A stretch of 62,788 nucleotides of DNA, counting the filler, from Octopus bimaculoides (taxonomy: Eukaryota): assembly GCF_001194135.2 (NCBI RefSeq). It is 7 parts of 4 records of this genome, joined end to end, with 100 filler letters (N's around TTAATTAATTAA, not from the genome) between each part and the next. Parts side by side here need not be neighbours in the genome. Positions count along the whole stretch, not along the records: positions 1 to 16,860 come from NC_068991.1; 6 more parts are not named here. One strand, written 5' to 3'. A model generated the notes under the pieces. It saw nothing but the letters and a program-made list of their open reading frames with translations. It made no database searches and was not told the origin of the DNA. The position numbers and the translations under genes are program-made. Positions 1 to 15,123 of this stretch are shown here, in pieces. Every line of letters begins with the position of its first letter. The first letter of the stretch is position 1.

Positions 1-648
1 ATATATATTACATCATTCAAGCGAATAATGAACTTTCTCAGTTTTCGCTGTGTCTAATTTGACCGTTGTTTTTTGTTGTATTGTGGATCCTGGTGTTGTT
101 GTTGTTGGTGATGATGTGACGGCGTTGTTGCTGTTGCTGTTGTTGTTGTTGTTGCTGCCCTGATTGAATCACAGGTGTTAGTGCGGCATATACTATCACC
201 CACCTACCCCACTCTGCAGGGTTCGAAACTACCTAATCGTTTCTCTAAAGGGAGTTCAGACACATTAACATTAACTCAGCTTAACGTCGGGCTTAACGAC
301 ATAGTGTTGTGTTTCGTCAGCTGTTTATATAAGCATGTACACATGCATATATACATACACACGCATCCATACATGCAAACAGATAAACACATATATGCAC
401 ACATACATATATACATACATACATGTACATTCATACATATATGTGTGCATGCTTACATACATACATGCATACATACATGCATAACTACACACACATGCAT
501 ACACACATATATGCATACACACACATATATGCATACATACGAGCAAAGAAACATATATACATACATTTATATATATATATCGATAGATAGATAGACAGAT
601 ACATAAGTGCATACATACATGCGCATGTACGCATACACATATGTATGA

Positions 649-696
<48 letters not shown>

Positions 697-1235
697 CAGA
701 CATACATTAACATAATAGATATACACAAATATATTTGTGCATATAAACAGGTGTATATACTTTTGCATATATATACATATACATATATATATATATATAT
801 ATATATNNNNNNNNNNNNNNNNNNNNNNNNNNNNNNNNNNNNNNNNNNNNNNNNNNNNNNNNNNNNNNNNNNNNNNNNNNNNNNNNNNNNNNNNNNNNNN
901 NNNNNNNNNNNNNNNNNNNNNNNNNNNNNNNNNNNNNNNNNNNNNNNNNNNNNNNNNNNNNNNNNNNNNNNNNNNNNNNNNNNNNNNNNNNNNNNNNNNN
1001 NNNNNNNNNNNNNNNNNNNNNNNNNNNNNNNNNNNNNNNNNNNNNNNNNNNNNNNNNNNNNNNNNNNNNNNNNNNNNNNNNNNNNNNNNNNNNNNNNNNN
1101 NNNNNNNNNNNNNNNNNNNNNNNNNNNNNNNNNNNNNNNNNNNNNNNNNNNNNNNNNNNNNNNNNNNNNNNNNNNNNNNNNNNNNNNNNNNNNNNNNNNN
1201 NNNNNNNNNNNNNNNNNNNNNNNNNNNNNNNNNNN

Positions 1236-1290
<55 letters not shown>

Positions 1291-1639
1291 TTGAGAGAGA
1301 GAGAGATAGAGAGAGAGAGTAGCGATGCAAATCCAATCTAAAGACGGGAAATGTACAATAAACTTACGGAGAAAACTCGAATCATAGATTTTCCATATAA
1401 CGAGAGATTGCGTTGCCGATTGTTCTTCCAAATTCATACATATTATAACATCATTTATATTTAAAATGTCATAAATTATTTACATTTAATATGTTGCCGC
1501 AGATGAGACGGTAGATAAACATATATAATTCGAATGATCGGTAGAGGGTTCCTGCGCAAAAAGATTAACTGATAAACAGGGGCAGATATGGACTAATGAA
1601 TAGATGAAGTCTCTCTGATGTTATCCAAGGGAAAGGCAA

Positions 1640-1790
1640 AGGGCCCGATACAGCTTGCCACCTGTGACGTCGCAACTTATTTCTACAGCTGAGCGAACAG
1701 GAGCAACGTCAAATAAATTGTCTTGGATTCGAACTCAGAACCTCACGATCGTAAGCTCGACGCTCTAACCACTGAGCCATGCGCCTTCAC
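1640..1790 (-). mobile_element. tRNA-derived SINE (family G), internally deleted
   Basis: Minus strand GGCGCATGGCTCAGTGG (A box) and GAGTTCGAATC (B box); body shared with 58850-59050. Confidence 0.7.
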
Positions 1791-2826
1791 ATATATATAT
1801 ATATACACAAACATTCACCCATATATACACATACGCGTGCATACATGCATACACATATACACGCATACACACACACACACACANNNNNNNNNNNNNNNNN
1901 NNNNNNNNNNNNNNNNNNNNNNNNNNNNNNNNNNNNNNNNNNNNNNNNNNNNNNNNNNNNNNNNNNNNNNNNNNNNNNNNNNNNNNNNNNNNNNNNNNNN
2001 NNNNNNNNNNNNNNNNNNNNNNNNNNNNNNNNNNNNNNNNNNNNNNNNNNNNNNNNNNNNNNNNNNNNNNNNNNNNNNNNNNNNNNNNNNNNNNNNNNNN
2101 NNNNNNNNNNNNNNNNNNNNNNNNNNNNNNNNNNNNNNNNNNNNNNNNNNNNNNNNNNNNNNNNNNNNNNNNNNNNNNNNNNNNNNNNNNNNNNNNNNNN
2201 NNNNNNNNNNNNNNNNNNNNNNNNNNNNNNNNNNNNNNNNNNNNNNNNNNNNNNNNNNNNNNNNNNNNNNNNNNNNNNNNNNNNNNNNNNNNNNNNNNNN
2301 NNNNNNNNNNNNNNNNNNNNNNNNNNNNNNNNNNNNNNNNNNNNNNNNNNNNNNNNNNNNNNNNNNNNNNNNNNNNNNNNNNNNNNNNNNNNNNNNNNNN
2401 NNNNNNNNNNNNNNNNNNNNNNNNNNNNNNNNNNNNNNNNNNNNNNNNNNNNNNNNNNNNNNNNNNNNNNNNNNNNNNNNNNNNNNNNNNNNNNNNNNNN
2501 NNNNNNNNNNNNNNNNNNNNNNNNNNNNNNNNNNNNNNNNNNNNNNNNNNNNNNNNNNNNNNNNNNNNNNNNNNNNNNNNNNNNNNNNNNNNNNNNNNNN
2601 NNNNNNNNNNNNNNNNNNNNNNNNNNNNNNNNNNNNNNNNNNNNNNNNNNNNNNNNNNNNNNNNNGAACCAAAAACCATTTGGTTGTGTGTGTGGTGGTG
2701 GGGGGAATACACGGCATTGCAACACTCTCTCAGTCTCTCTCTGTCTCTGTCTCCCTGTCTGTCTGTCTGTCTGTCTTGCTATCTGTTTGCCTGTCTCGCT
2801 ATCTGTTTGTCTGTCTCTCTCTCCCC

Positions 2827-2862
<36 letters not shown>

Positions 2863-2900
2863 ACAAATATATATATATATGTATATATATATATATGTAT

Positions 2901-2935
<35 letters not shown>

Positions 2936-3009
2936 CACATTTGTATACACACATACGCATGCACACACATACATGCGCATACACAAATACAAATGTATAG
3001 ACACGGATA

Positions 3010-3061
<52 letters not shown>

Positions 3062-4227
3062 CACATATATATATATATATATATACACATACACACATAT
3101 ATTCATGTAACTAGGTGTAGATTGAAAGATAAGACAAGTGGATAGTTAACCAGAGATGAAAAGAAAAAAAAGAACAACAACAGCAACAACAACAACAACA
3201 ACAACAATAACAACAGCTATCTGATAAAACCACACGTAATGGGCACATAATGTATATTATATGCATAGAAACACAAAACATATCAACGCGCAAAACGTAC
3301 GTACACTTACGCACAAACGCATGCTAAAAACCACAGATACAACGGTACGCGCACATACATTTATATACAGCTCGCATTCACATACACACGCACACGTACT
3401 CATACGCACACGCACACACATAATACAGAAACATAATTGTCAGAAACACACACATGTACATGTACAAATATTGACGAAGGTGAGCCCAGGCTGTTCTCTA
3501 TCTGCTGATATACCGTGACTCATTGTAAGCGCAGCAACAACATATTCCTGGCTTGCTTTTGCTATGTAACATCAGCTAATAACAAACATGGCCGCCGGGA
3601 ACACTTATTAACGCTCCTAGCCGCCATTGGCCTCCATTTTGCTATTTTTTACAGGCAGAGCTACGACGTCATGCATACATACATACATACATACATACAT
3701 ACGTAAATACGTATATATATAAATACACGCATGTATGCATACATATACACACACACACATACACGAGTTTCCATTTTACCTGTTACTCTTGTTACGGTCA
3801 GACAAATTACAATGTAAGAAAAAGGGGTAAACTTCTGATCGCAACAACAAAGTTTTCACACAGAGAAATTAATGTTCGAAGATTGAGATCACGTCCAGTT
3901 TCAATTGTGTAAAGGTAGGTGGTGAACGGTCCAACCCGTATGAAGCTCCGTCTCTCGTTTGGTACTATCCACGCCAAGCCCCAGCTGTCTTCTGCACTCC
4001 CCTTTTTAACAAGAAGTCCATGAGATTCCCTGCCTCGCTCGTTAACAGGAAGTAAACGAGATTACCTGTCTCGTCATGCTCACTTCCTGGATATACTTGT
4101 TATCCAGACCAACGTTATTTCACGTCTGCCAAAAGGTCGTTGACAAACGTTTATCTCGCCACCTTCGGAAAATAGTGTAAGTTCTCTCCCTTCATTATAA
4201 TATAGGTATACATAACACTGTCTACTT

Positions 4228-4430
4228 TTTACACGTTTCAGTCATTGGACTGCGGCCATGCTGGTGTAATACCTCGAAGGGTTTAGTCGAACAATGGACC
4301 CCAGTACTTATGTTTTTAGATATTCAACAGCTCTTTTTTGCCGAACATCTAAGTTACGAGAATGTAAACAAACCAGCACATGTCAAGCGGTGGAGTGGAA
4401 AACGAACGCAAGGACACGCACGCATTGGTT
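4228..4430 (-). mobile_element. SINE family A, 3' part, diverged
   Basis: Reverse complement matches the CCAGCATGGCCGCAGTC...ATGACTGAAAC tail of 19744-20155. Confidence 0.7.
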
Positions 4431-4471
4431 GACCCAGGGCTATCGTAGAATACAATTGTCCAAACTGTGGC

Positions 4472-5091
4472 AAATTAAGTAAATATGTAAGGACTTGGGA
4501 ATTGAAATACAAAAGATGTGGTATCTTAAAGTGAGAAATGTTCCTGTTATTGTGGATGCCTTTGGTATGATAAGAAAGGGATGTCAGAAACATCTAAATA
4601 ATATCCCAGGAGAACCATGTCTCAGAGAAATCCAAAAGGTTGTACTGACAAGTACTGCCCACATCCTTAGAAAAACCCTATCAATTTAAATGTCTGTGTT
4701 GTATTACATGAAGATATTTCGCTACTAACCCTGCTACTTTCCCTCCTCAAGTTTTCAATCTTTGGGGTTTGAATAATTCGCCTTTGGAAACATGGGTGTT
4801 TTGCTCAACATCCTTAAACAAACCTTCTTCAGGNNNNNNNNNNNNNNNNNNNNNNNNNNNNNNNNNNNNNNNNNNNNNNNNNNNNNNNNNNNNNNNNNNN
4901 NNNNNNNNNNNNNNNNNNNNNNNNNNNNNNNNNNNNNNNNNNNNNNNNNNNNNNNNNNNNNNNNNNNNNNNNNNNNNNNNNNNNNNNNNNNNCTGGTGTA
5001 CCCTTATCAGACGGGTAGTTATGATGGGTATAATGGGCTTCGTATATTTTACCCCAGTGTCACTTTGATGGCATGCTCTGCTCTCTCACTC
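4472..5091 (+). mobile_element. R4/Dong-like non-LTR retrotransposon 3' fragment (RLE C-terminus, 3'UTR, AAT tail; contains a gap)
   Basis: KLSKY-(frameshift)-DLGIEIQKMW..VPVIVDAFGMI..IQKVVLTSTAHILRKTLSI* fits the R4/Dong RLE C-terminal pattern; ends in (AAT)n at 5092. Confidence 0.75.
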
Positions 5092-5125
<34 letters not shown>

Positions 5126-5258
5126 TATAGAAAGATGAGTTCTTAACTTTTGTATACGATTGCCAAATTCCATCACTAAGGTAAACATAGCTGACGTAAT
5201 CCATCACTATCTTTCTATATATTACATTTCTGCTGAGTTAACAGTCCTCTCTATAAAC

Positions 5259-5296
<38 letters not shown>

Positions 5297-5504
5297 TCTA
5301 TTAAAGGCACAAGGCCTGAAATTTTGGGGAGGGGACTGGTCGATTAAATCGAGCCCAGTATTTCACTGGTACTTAATTTGTCGATTCCGAAAGGATGAAA
5401 GGCAAAGTCGACCCCGGCGGAATTTGAACTCAGACGGAGCGACGGGCGAAACACCGCTTAGCATTTTGCCCGGCTTGCCAACGATTCTGCTAGCTCGCTG
5501 TCTT
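5297..5504 (-). mobile_element. SINE family B, near full length
   Basis: GAGTTCAAATTCCGCC B-box-like core and GGTCGACTTTGCCTTTCATCC shared with 13918, 14993, 17790, 34133, 58592; flanked by AAT repeats. Confidence 0.85.
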
Positions 5505-5506
5505 AT

Positions 5507-5568
<62 letters not shown>

Positions 5569-6001
5569 TGATGATGATGATGATAATCACATCCCTCTAG
5601 AGATGGTGTCTCGATAAAAATACCGGTGGTTGTGGCACCTTAACAACGCTCCCCTCTGCATAAGGTCATTGGCATCGAGACTGGCAGAAAAGTGCAATGA
5701 ATAATAGAAATGACACAAACAACGGCGTAAATGTGGATGCGAACTACAGGACACGGACTTTCGCCCGCCAGGCCCAGTCGTCATCATACTGCTTCTAGAA
5801 TCAAATGGACTTAGACGATGACGAATGTCTCCCACGATAATTAACAACCAAATATCAAAGCTTACAATGTCCGGAAAGAGACCCCGTGAGACCGCTGACA
5901 GTAGGATGCTGTCCGCTCGCACAGAATTTACCAGAGCAAACAAGATCGAGCACTCTGAGAAGTAAAACAACAACAACAACAACAATGATAATAATAACAA
6001 T

Positions 6002-6070
<69 letters not shown>

Positions 6071-6080
<10 letters not shown>

Positions 6081-6268
6081 GTTTTATGTTTGACTTTTGT
6101 TTTGCATTTATACAAGTTGGATCCAAGTCTCACCCAGAGACCTCAAGAGACAACAAGTTAGAAGTTCATGTAGGTGTTATGCCTAGGGTACCATATATTT
6201 GGATTTGTACAGTTTTGTTCAAGTGAATGTTTAAGAAACCATAAGAAAATTATGTGTTTGCTTTAACA
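6071..6268 (-). mobile_element. Probable 3'UTR of an AAT-tailed (R4/Dong-like) retroelement
   Basis: Minus strand runs directly into (AAT)n; coding part would lie in the gap; family assignment is inference. Confidence 0.4.
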
Positions 6269-7089
6269 NNNNNNNNNNNNNNNNNNNNNNNNNNNNNNNN
6301 NNNNNNNNNNNNNNNNNNNNNNNNNNNNNNNNNNNNNNNNNNNNNNNNNNNNNNNNNNNNNNNNNNNNNNNNNNNNNNNNNNNNNNNNNNNNNNNNNNNN
6401 NNNNNNNNNNNNNNNNNNNNNNNNNNNNNNNNNNNNNNNNNNNNNNNNNNNNNNNNNNNNNNNNNNNNNNNNNNNNNNNNNNNNNNNNNNNNNNNNNNNN
6501 NNNNNNNNNNNNNNNNNNNNNNNNNNNNNNNNNNNNNNNNNNNNNNNNNNNNNNNNNNNNNNNNNNNNNNNNNNNNNNNNNNNNNNNNNNNNNNNNNNNN
6601 NNNNNNNNNNNNNNNNNNNNNNNNNNNNNNNNNNNNNNNNNNNNNNNNNNNNNNNNNNNNNNNNNNNNNNNNNNNNNNNNNNNNNNNNNNNNNNNNNNNN
6701 NNNNNNNNNNNNNNNNNNNNNNNNNNNNNNNNNNNNNNNNNNNNNNNNNNNNNNNNNNNNNNNNNNNNNNNNNNNNNNNNNNNNNNNNNNNNNNNNNNNN
6801 NNNNNNNNNNNNNNNNNNNNNNNNNNNNNNNNNNNNNNNNNNNNNNNNNNNNNNNNNNNNNNNNNNNNNNNNNNNNNNNNNNNNNNNNNNNNNNNNNNNN
6901 NNNNNNNNNNNNNNNNNNNNNNNNNNNNNNNNNNNNNNNNNNNNNNNNNNNNNNNNNNNNNNNNNNNNNNNNNNNNNNNNNNNNNNNNNNNNNNNNNNNN
7001 NNNNNNNNNNNNNNNNNNNNNNNNNNNNNNNNNNNNNNNNNNNNNNNNNNNNNNNNNNNNNNNNNNNNNNNNNNNNNNNNNNNNNNNNG

Positions 7090-7131
<42 letters not shown>

Positions 7132-7134
7132 CAT

Positions 7135-7210
<76 letters not shown>

Positions 7211-7358
7211 GCATAATTACATGATCTGTGAATCCATATGGAACGGAGAACAATTGGATAATTGCTGGTAATACTAGCCTTTCACAGTCCTACAACAACA
7301 ACAACAACAACAACAGCTACTGCACATATTGACACTACTCTGATACACACACGCACGC

Positions 7359-7414
<56 letters not shown>

Positions 7415-7873
7415 AGAGATGATTGTGAATCAGTTTACGTTGGTGATCCAGTATTTACCTTGCCAAGCACACGTATTCGCAACCACAGTTCTAGTGTGTA
7501 AGCACCATTCCACAGAACCATGTCTACACACACAAACAGTATCTTCTAGTCAAATGCGTCTATTGATTCTTTCGGTCTTACCAACAGTCGCCATTAATAG
7601 CTATTTTTAGACATTTTCTATCCTTCTCTGTATCTCTGCCTCTCTCTGTCTCTCTATCTATTTCTCTCTCCCCCCTCTCTCTCTATCGTTCTCCTTGTGT
7701 TTAGTTTGCATGTAGAAGGATACCTCCTCCATGTTTGATGTGCAGAAGACTGCAGGTACGTATACATGCGTGTATACCTCCGTATGTATATATACATATG
7801 TACGTATACATAGGTGCAAGTACGTACTTCTGCATGTATGTATGTATGAGAGCACGTGTGCATATAGACATGA

Positions 7874-8421
<548 letters not shown>

Positions 8422-9223
8422 CATCATCATCATTATTATTATTCTTTTATATTGTTCGATCCTGGATTAGAAAAAAACATAGCTTTCGAAATATGATGCA
8501 ATATGATGCAACGTACGTTTTATTTTCGCTTCGTTTTGTTTTAGTCTTGTTCCATGGCAAGTAGTAAATGTGGGTCGAACCTATTCATCTTACACTTAAT
8601 CATGGCGCCTAAACATCCGGTTTAATGGCGCCTCCTATTGACATTTTACTCCAGCTTAGTTGTAATTCTTGTTGCTGTTGTTGTCGCTTAGACCCAGACC
8701 GATACTGATCAAGTAGACCTACGATTACAATGCATCGCATTAAAAAAACATCCAGGACTGCATTATCCAACGTATCCTTCCTTGTTTTCAAGGAAAGGCC
8801 GCAGTAGGATGCACTTTGAGGGAGACTTTGATTCTATTTTTAATAGGTCGAGGTACCACGTAGAGGCCCCTTTGTTTTCACATCTCCAGGTTAATAATTC
8901 ATCTGATTGTTTTTTTACGTTAGGTTATGTCGTTACCACATGCACTGCAGGTCTTCTTTTTTTTTCGTTTGTTGTTTCAGATTCAGACGTAACAGGTGTA
9001 TATTAACATGTATTGATTCTCCTAAAGTTATTGTTAATACGCTTTTATCGCATATTCTCTCACAATAATATCAATACGTTTTTATATGAGAATGATTGCC
9101 TTCTTTTCATCGTATCTCTTAATCATGGTCTGTTTGTTGTGAGAGTTTACAAAAACTGAAGGCGTTTTAGAATTATCCCAGTCGAATTAGATTTGAATGC
9201 ATGTTAAATCGCCGAGATATACA

Positions 9224-9300
9224 GTTGAGCCTCGGTTTACGAATTTAATTCGTTTCTGAAGGCTGTTCGTGACACGCAATGTTCGTAAACCGAAACTATT
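9224..9300 (+). mobile_element. Possible pogo/Tigger-like terminal fragment
   Basis: TA followed by CAGTTGAGCCTCGGTTTACGAA; no partner end found. Confidence 0.3.
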
Positions 9301-9420
9301 TTTCTCATAAGATATTCAACAGAAGGCACGACGAATTCGAGAGCAACTAACGCTCTCTCTCTCTCTTGCAGATACTCCCGGCTTGCCGCCAAGTATTGTT
9401 GACGGCTTGCATGTTCGTTA

Positions 9421-9493
9421 CTCACAGTGGGACCGAGCCCAGAGCAATGTGTTTCGTAAGCAAGCTACTTACAACGCAGCCACTTCTGCGCCT
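9421..9493 (-). mobile_element. SINE family A 5' head fragment
   Basis: Reverse complement GCAGAAGTGGCTGCGTTGTAAGTAGCTTGCTTACG matches the head of 19744. Confidence 0.7.
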
Positions 9494-10364
9494 ATATATA
9501 TATATATATATATATACAAAAATAAGAGGAATGACCAGCAAAAGTGGACTCCTATATGCTAGAAGTATATGCCGAATCATCTAACCACGAAAAATATGTT
9601 CTCAGTAAAAATTTAGCGACACAACAGACTGTAAAAGAGCAAGACAAAAGAAAAAATACTAATCGTTTTTTTATTTAGTATTTTTTCTTTTGNNNNNNNN
9701 NNNNNNNNNNNNNNNNNNNNNNNNNNNNNNNNNNNNNNNNNNNNNNNNNNNNNNNNNNNNNNNNNNNNNNNNNNNNNNNNNNNNNNNNNNNNNNNNNNNN
9801 NNNNNNNNNNNNNNNNNNNNNNNNNNNNNNNNNNNNNNNNNNNNNNNNNNNNNNNNNNNNNNNNNNNNNNNNNNNNNNNNNNNNNNNNNNNNNNNNNNNN
9901 NNNNNNNNNNNNNNNNNNNNNNNNNNNNNNNNNNNNNNNNNNNNNNNNNNNNNNNNNNNNNNNNNNNNNNNNNNNNNNNNNNNNNNNNNNNNNNNNNNNN
10001 NNNNNNNNNNNNNNNNNNNNNNNNNNNNNNNNNNNNNNNNNNNNNNNNNNNNNNNNNNNNNNNNNNNNNNNNNNNNNNNNNNNNNNNNNNNNNNNNNNNN
10101 NNNNNNNNNNNNNNNNNNNNNNNNNNNNNNNNNNNNNNNNNNNNNNNNNNNNNNNNNNNNNNNNNNNNNNNNNNNNNNNNNNNNNNNNNNNNNNNNNNNN
10201 NNNNNNNNNNNNNNNNAAATTTCCCACGCGCTGTGAGAAATAAGAGACGATGCGTTTGATGTCACGGAATTGTACCCAGGTGCGTCTTTCCACGTTGCAT
10301 ATAATCTTATCTACATATCATTTCTTATACATACATATAATTATATATTCACATGCATGCACAA

Positions 10365-10396
<32 letters not shown>

Positions 10397-10586
10397 TCAC
10401 ACACGCACACATACACAGACACATACATTAACACACAGACGCACATATAGTTATTTGTATGTATGTATGTATGTATGTATGTATGTATGTATGTGTGTGT
10501 GTGTGTGTGTGAGTGTGTGTATGTATGTATGGCTATGGCATGTCTTTGCTTCTCATCAGTTTAATAATTTACGTAAGTGTAATTTA

Positions 10587-10630
<44 letters not shown>

Positions 10631-11320
10631 CATATATAATTCTAAGGTTAAAGATATTTGTAACACGAGCAACACAGACACACATAGAGACACATACAGA
10701 CACAGACACACACATGCACACACACACAAATGGACGCACGCACACATGTATTAGTTAGCATGTGTGTGTGTGTGTGTGTCTGTCTATCTCGGTGTCCCCG
10801 TTATGGTCAATATTAAAGACGTGATAACCTCTCTTGTTTTCGTTCTGGTCATAAACGCTACTGCTTTGCTTTAGCAAGAGCAATGGCCATCACTGTGACC
10901 TTCACCTCTGACCTCTAATACCGCCATTCTTTCTTCCATCGTTCTTTTTCCTTTACATTTACCCTTCTTCAAGACAGAAGTCTCTCAATTGAGCTTTGAT
11001 GCCACACGTGTAACAACTAGGTCTTCTGCCTTGTCTACACCGCATGTATAGCAGCTAAGTCTTCTGCCTTGTATGCACCACATGTCTGATTTATTCTTCC
11101 TTGCCTTAAGGTCTTTGAGAGTCATGACCAATTGGATGTCCATACAAACGATTCAAACACATGTTGATTTTTTTAGGTTATCACCGCGGTTAAGTTCATA
11201 GAGTTGTAGAAAAGTGACAAACCAAGGAAAGAAAGAAGGCAGGACAATCGTTACGTCGGAGTCGGTCGACAAGCGAATCTGTTTTACTCACAATGTAACA
11301 ACTGTTAGACATTCCCCAGC

Positions 11321-11385
<65 letters not shown>

Positions 11386-11563
11386 GTTATTATTATTATT
11401 ATTACTATTTTTATAATATTCGATGCGTCTTCAGAACAACACGATTTCTGCTAAACAATTTTTTTTTTCACAATTAATGAGACAAATGTGACAAATAAAC
11501 AGAATATGCGAGAATTCAACACCGTCAACGTGAAAAAGAACAATAACAGCGAATATGATGATG

Positions 11564-11615
<52 letters not shown>

Positions 11616-12507
11616 GATAGCAGCAACAGTGAAGGAGATATGGTCGACAATAACAAAAAAGAAAAAAAAAAGCAACAAAAATATTACATTCCTAAAGTGG
11701 TGCTTATCTGAGTGTTAATTTGAAAGATAAGACAAACCCGTTTTGTCACGAGATAAGTTATCCATTAGATGATATTTTGTTGTCGTTCTAATATCAAATG
11801 TTCTCCTTGTTTTACTGTGAAGACACCATCTTGTTTTCATCACTCTGCTCGATCTATAAAAGAAAAAAAAAAACTTGATAAAGACAAAAATAAAAAAAAG
11901 AATATTAAGAAAGGAAATAGCTAAAACAATAATCTTCCTGGCTCAGGAGACAGGAAAACCTGGTAAAGATGAAATAAAAATACAATGGAAACATAAGAAT
12001 TTAAAATTCAACAAATAACATAAGGAAAAAAAAAGTTTTAGTTACTAAAAGAAAAAAAAAAAAGAAAATCAAGAAAAAATCAATACAGCAAAACAAGGCT
12101 AAATAATTTGTATATCACGGCGAGACATATAGATAGAAGGAAGCACACACGCATACATGTGCGCTTTGGTGTGCTCATACACAGACATACACACAGATGC
12201 GTAAATACGCGCTCATGCATACAAATGCAGATACGAATATAGACACGCATATACACACACACGCACACATAGAAGCATGCGGACATATACATAATGGAAC
12301 ATACGAGTAAATACATGCACACACGCACATACATACTGTTACACTCATATGCAGATATACACATAAACGTACGCATATATATATATATATATATANNNNN
12401 NNNNNNNNNNNNNNNNNNNNNNNNNNNNNNNNNNNNNNNNNNNNNNNNNNNNNNNNNNNNNNNNNNNNNNNNNNNNNNNNNNNNNAGAGAGAGAGAGAGA
12501 GAGAGAG

Positions 12508-12552
<45 letters not shown>

Positions 12553-12636
12553 TACATACATGCATACACAAACGCAGATCCGCATGCGTCCAAAGTATGA
12601 TGCGTGTATACATGTACACTTGAACACAGACACTAT

Positions 12637-12669
<33 letters not shown>

Positions 12670-13236
12670 CACACACACACACACGCACACACACACCTTC
12701 AGCTATACTCCATTGCAACAATACACGCATGTTCGCACAGACACACACACACACACAAATTCACATACACACACATACACCCACACAAATGCACGAGGAC
12801 ATACATAAGCAGCCATACATATACACATGTAGACACAGGACACGTAGAAATAGATGCACGAGCTCATATACGCACACGCAAACACAAGTACAGACTATAC
12901 ACACAAACACATAGGCACTGATTTATACTCACACACGCATAAACGCACAATGATGTGCATACATGTGCGTACAAATACACAAACATACAAGCACACGCAC
13001 GCATCTATGCATCAACAACAGAAACGCTACAGGAAGTCATGAATGCAGCTTAGCCTCGTTATGAAAGACGATGTTACCGTATCCGCAGAGTGTTACACCG
13101 CCATAGTTTATTTGATACTTTAGAGGGAAGGTTTTTAACTATTGTTTCAACTTGCTATTTTAACTCACTTCCGTTCTGTGCGGATGTATGCGAATACGTG
13201 TGTGTATATGTGCGTATGTGTGCATTTACTTGTATG

Positions 13237-13280
<44 letters not shown>

Positions 13281-13416
13281 TGTATGTGTGCGTGTATATT
13301 TGTGTATGTGCGTATATGTGCGTATATGTGTGTAAATATGTGTGCATGTGCATTTGTATGTGTATCTATATGTATATATGTGATTATGTATGCATATATG
13401 CATATATGTGTGCATA

Positions 13417-13452
<36 letters not shown>

Positions 13453-13460
13453 CATATATG

Positions 13461-13497
<37 letters not shown>

Positions 13498-13917
13498 ACA
13501 TGTATGTGTGAGTGTTTGTACGGGTATGCAAATGTTTGTATATGTGTGTATACGTGAGTAAATATGCGTGCATGTGTGTGTGTGTATGTATGTTTGCATG
13601 TATGCATACATGTTCATATTCATATATGTTTGTGTGAACATATCTTTATCTATGCACATGTATATATACCTGAGAGTATATATGTTTTTTTTTTCTGTTT
13701 TATGTTAGTTGAAGTCTTTCGTTAAAGAAGGAGCTAGTTTCTAATTAAAATACAAGACCCATAACTTGAATCTAGATAAGAAAAATCAGATTCACATTTT
13801 AGACTTGAGCAAAGTCTTGCATACCTTTACTGTTCCGCTTACTGATTGTATTTGTAATGTTCGAGTCAACTGGTTGACTTCTTTTTCTAAAATCCTTAGC
13901 CTATCCAGATTGAGTGA

Positions 13918-14045
13918 AGACGACGAGCTGGCGAAATCGTTAGCACACCGGGCGAAATGCTTAGCGGTATTTCGTTTGTCTTTACCTTCTGATTTCAAAT
14001 TCCGCCGAGGTCTTTCACCCTTTCTGTGTCGATAAATTAAGTACC
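13918..14045 (+). mobile_element. SINE family B, 5' part
   Basis: GAGCTGGCGAAATCGTTAGCACACCGGGCGAAATGCTTAGCGG...TTCAAATTCCGCC; a family A tail follows at 14092-14150. Confidence 0.8.
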
Positions 14046-14992
14046 CTTTCTCCACCCGGCGGTAGCGTAGTAGCGACCGATGTCGATGACATTAAGGTGG
14101 TGCTCCAGCATGGCCGCAGTCAAATGACTGAAAGAAGTAAAAGAATAAATGTATAAAATATAGAAGTAGTGATAAGCATAACGTAGGGACTGGAAATAGA
14201 AATAATCCCCCTTAGGTGTCTTGGGAGTGATTAAAGATCATGCTAGTAAATAACCTAAATCCTAGGAGTTAAGCATAAACACCACTGCAGACAACAGCCC
14301 TGCGAATGTACTATTCAGGATACAGTTAGTAGAAGAGAAAATAAGGAAAAAAAAAAAAAAACTAAACAAAGCACTCAACATGCTACAGGTGCATAGAGTT
14401 GAGCTCGGTTGTGCAGTGAAAGCACAGTGCTTAAAAACTAATAATATCTCAGCGAGGATATAGAATTGAGTATGAGATTAGACATAGGTCCCAGAGCGAT
14501 TTAAGAAAATACAAATTAACTAAAACTGGGAACATAAAATTTTGATCCAGGCTTTGAAATCAGAGAGAATCAGAACAGAAACATTTATGCGTGTACTTAA
14601 GTGTAGACGGAACTGATAAGATATAATACGGAAATAAATGAGAAAATTAGAAACGAGTACTGTAGAAGCACGAAACTAATATCAAAAAGTGAATTCAATT
14701 ATAGAAATAAAATAATAGTTTATGAATACGTGTATTAGCCGTTGTAGTTATAAACTACAGTTTCAATTGTTGTTTGAAAGCTTAGTGATTTCAATAGCTT
14801 AGAGGAAAACAAGGATACTATAATGTTCCGAAGCTACCCCAAAGCCGATATCTATTGGATATATTTAACCTACACAGCTGAAAGAACATCAGAAAGGGTT
14901 AAAATAAATCCCATCATAATAGAAAACCATAATAGAATTCCAAAATATAACGAAGGAAAAATATTATAAGAAAAGTAATTCCATGGCCAATA

Positions 14993-15123
14993 CAGTGCTT
15001 AGCGGCATTTCGTCTGTCTTTACGTTCTGAGTTCAAATTCCGCCAGGGTCGACGTTGCCTTTTGTCCTTCGGGATCGATAAAATGATTACCAGCTGAGGA
15101 CTGGGGTCGATATAATCGACTTA
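14993..15123 (+). mobile_element. SINE family B fragment
   Basis: TTCTGAGTTCAAATTCCGCCAGGGTCGAC...GGGGTCGATATAATCGACTTA. Confidence 0.8.

Noticed and set aside
1725-1790. Functional tRNA gene (also considered for 59521-59592)
   Set aside because: No acceptor stem and poor anticodon stem; continues into SINE body.
5625-5705. HDV-like ribozyme fold
   Set aside because: P1-, P3- and P4-like pieces only; no P2, P1.1 GG or catalytic C.
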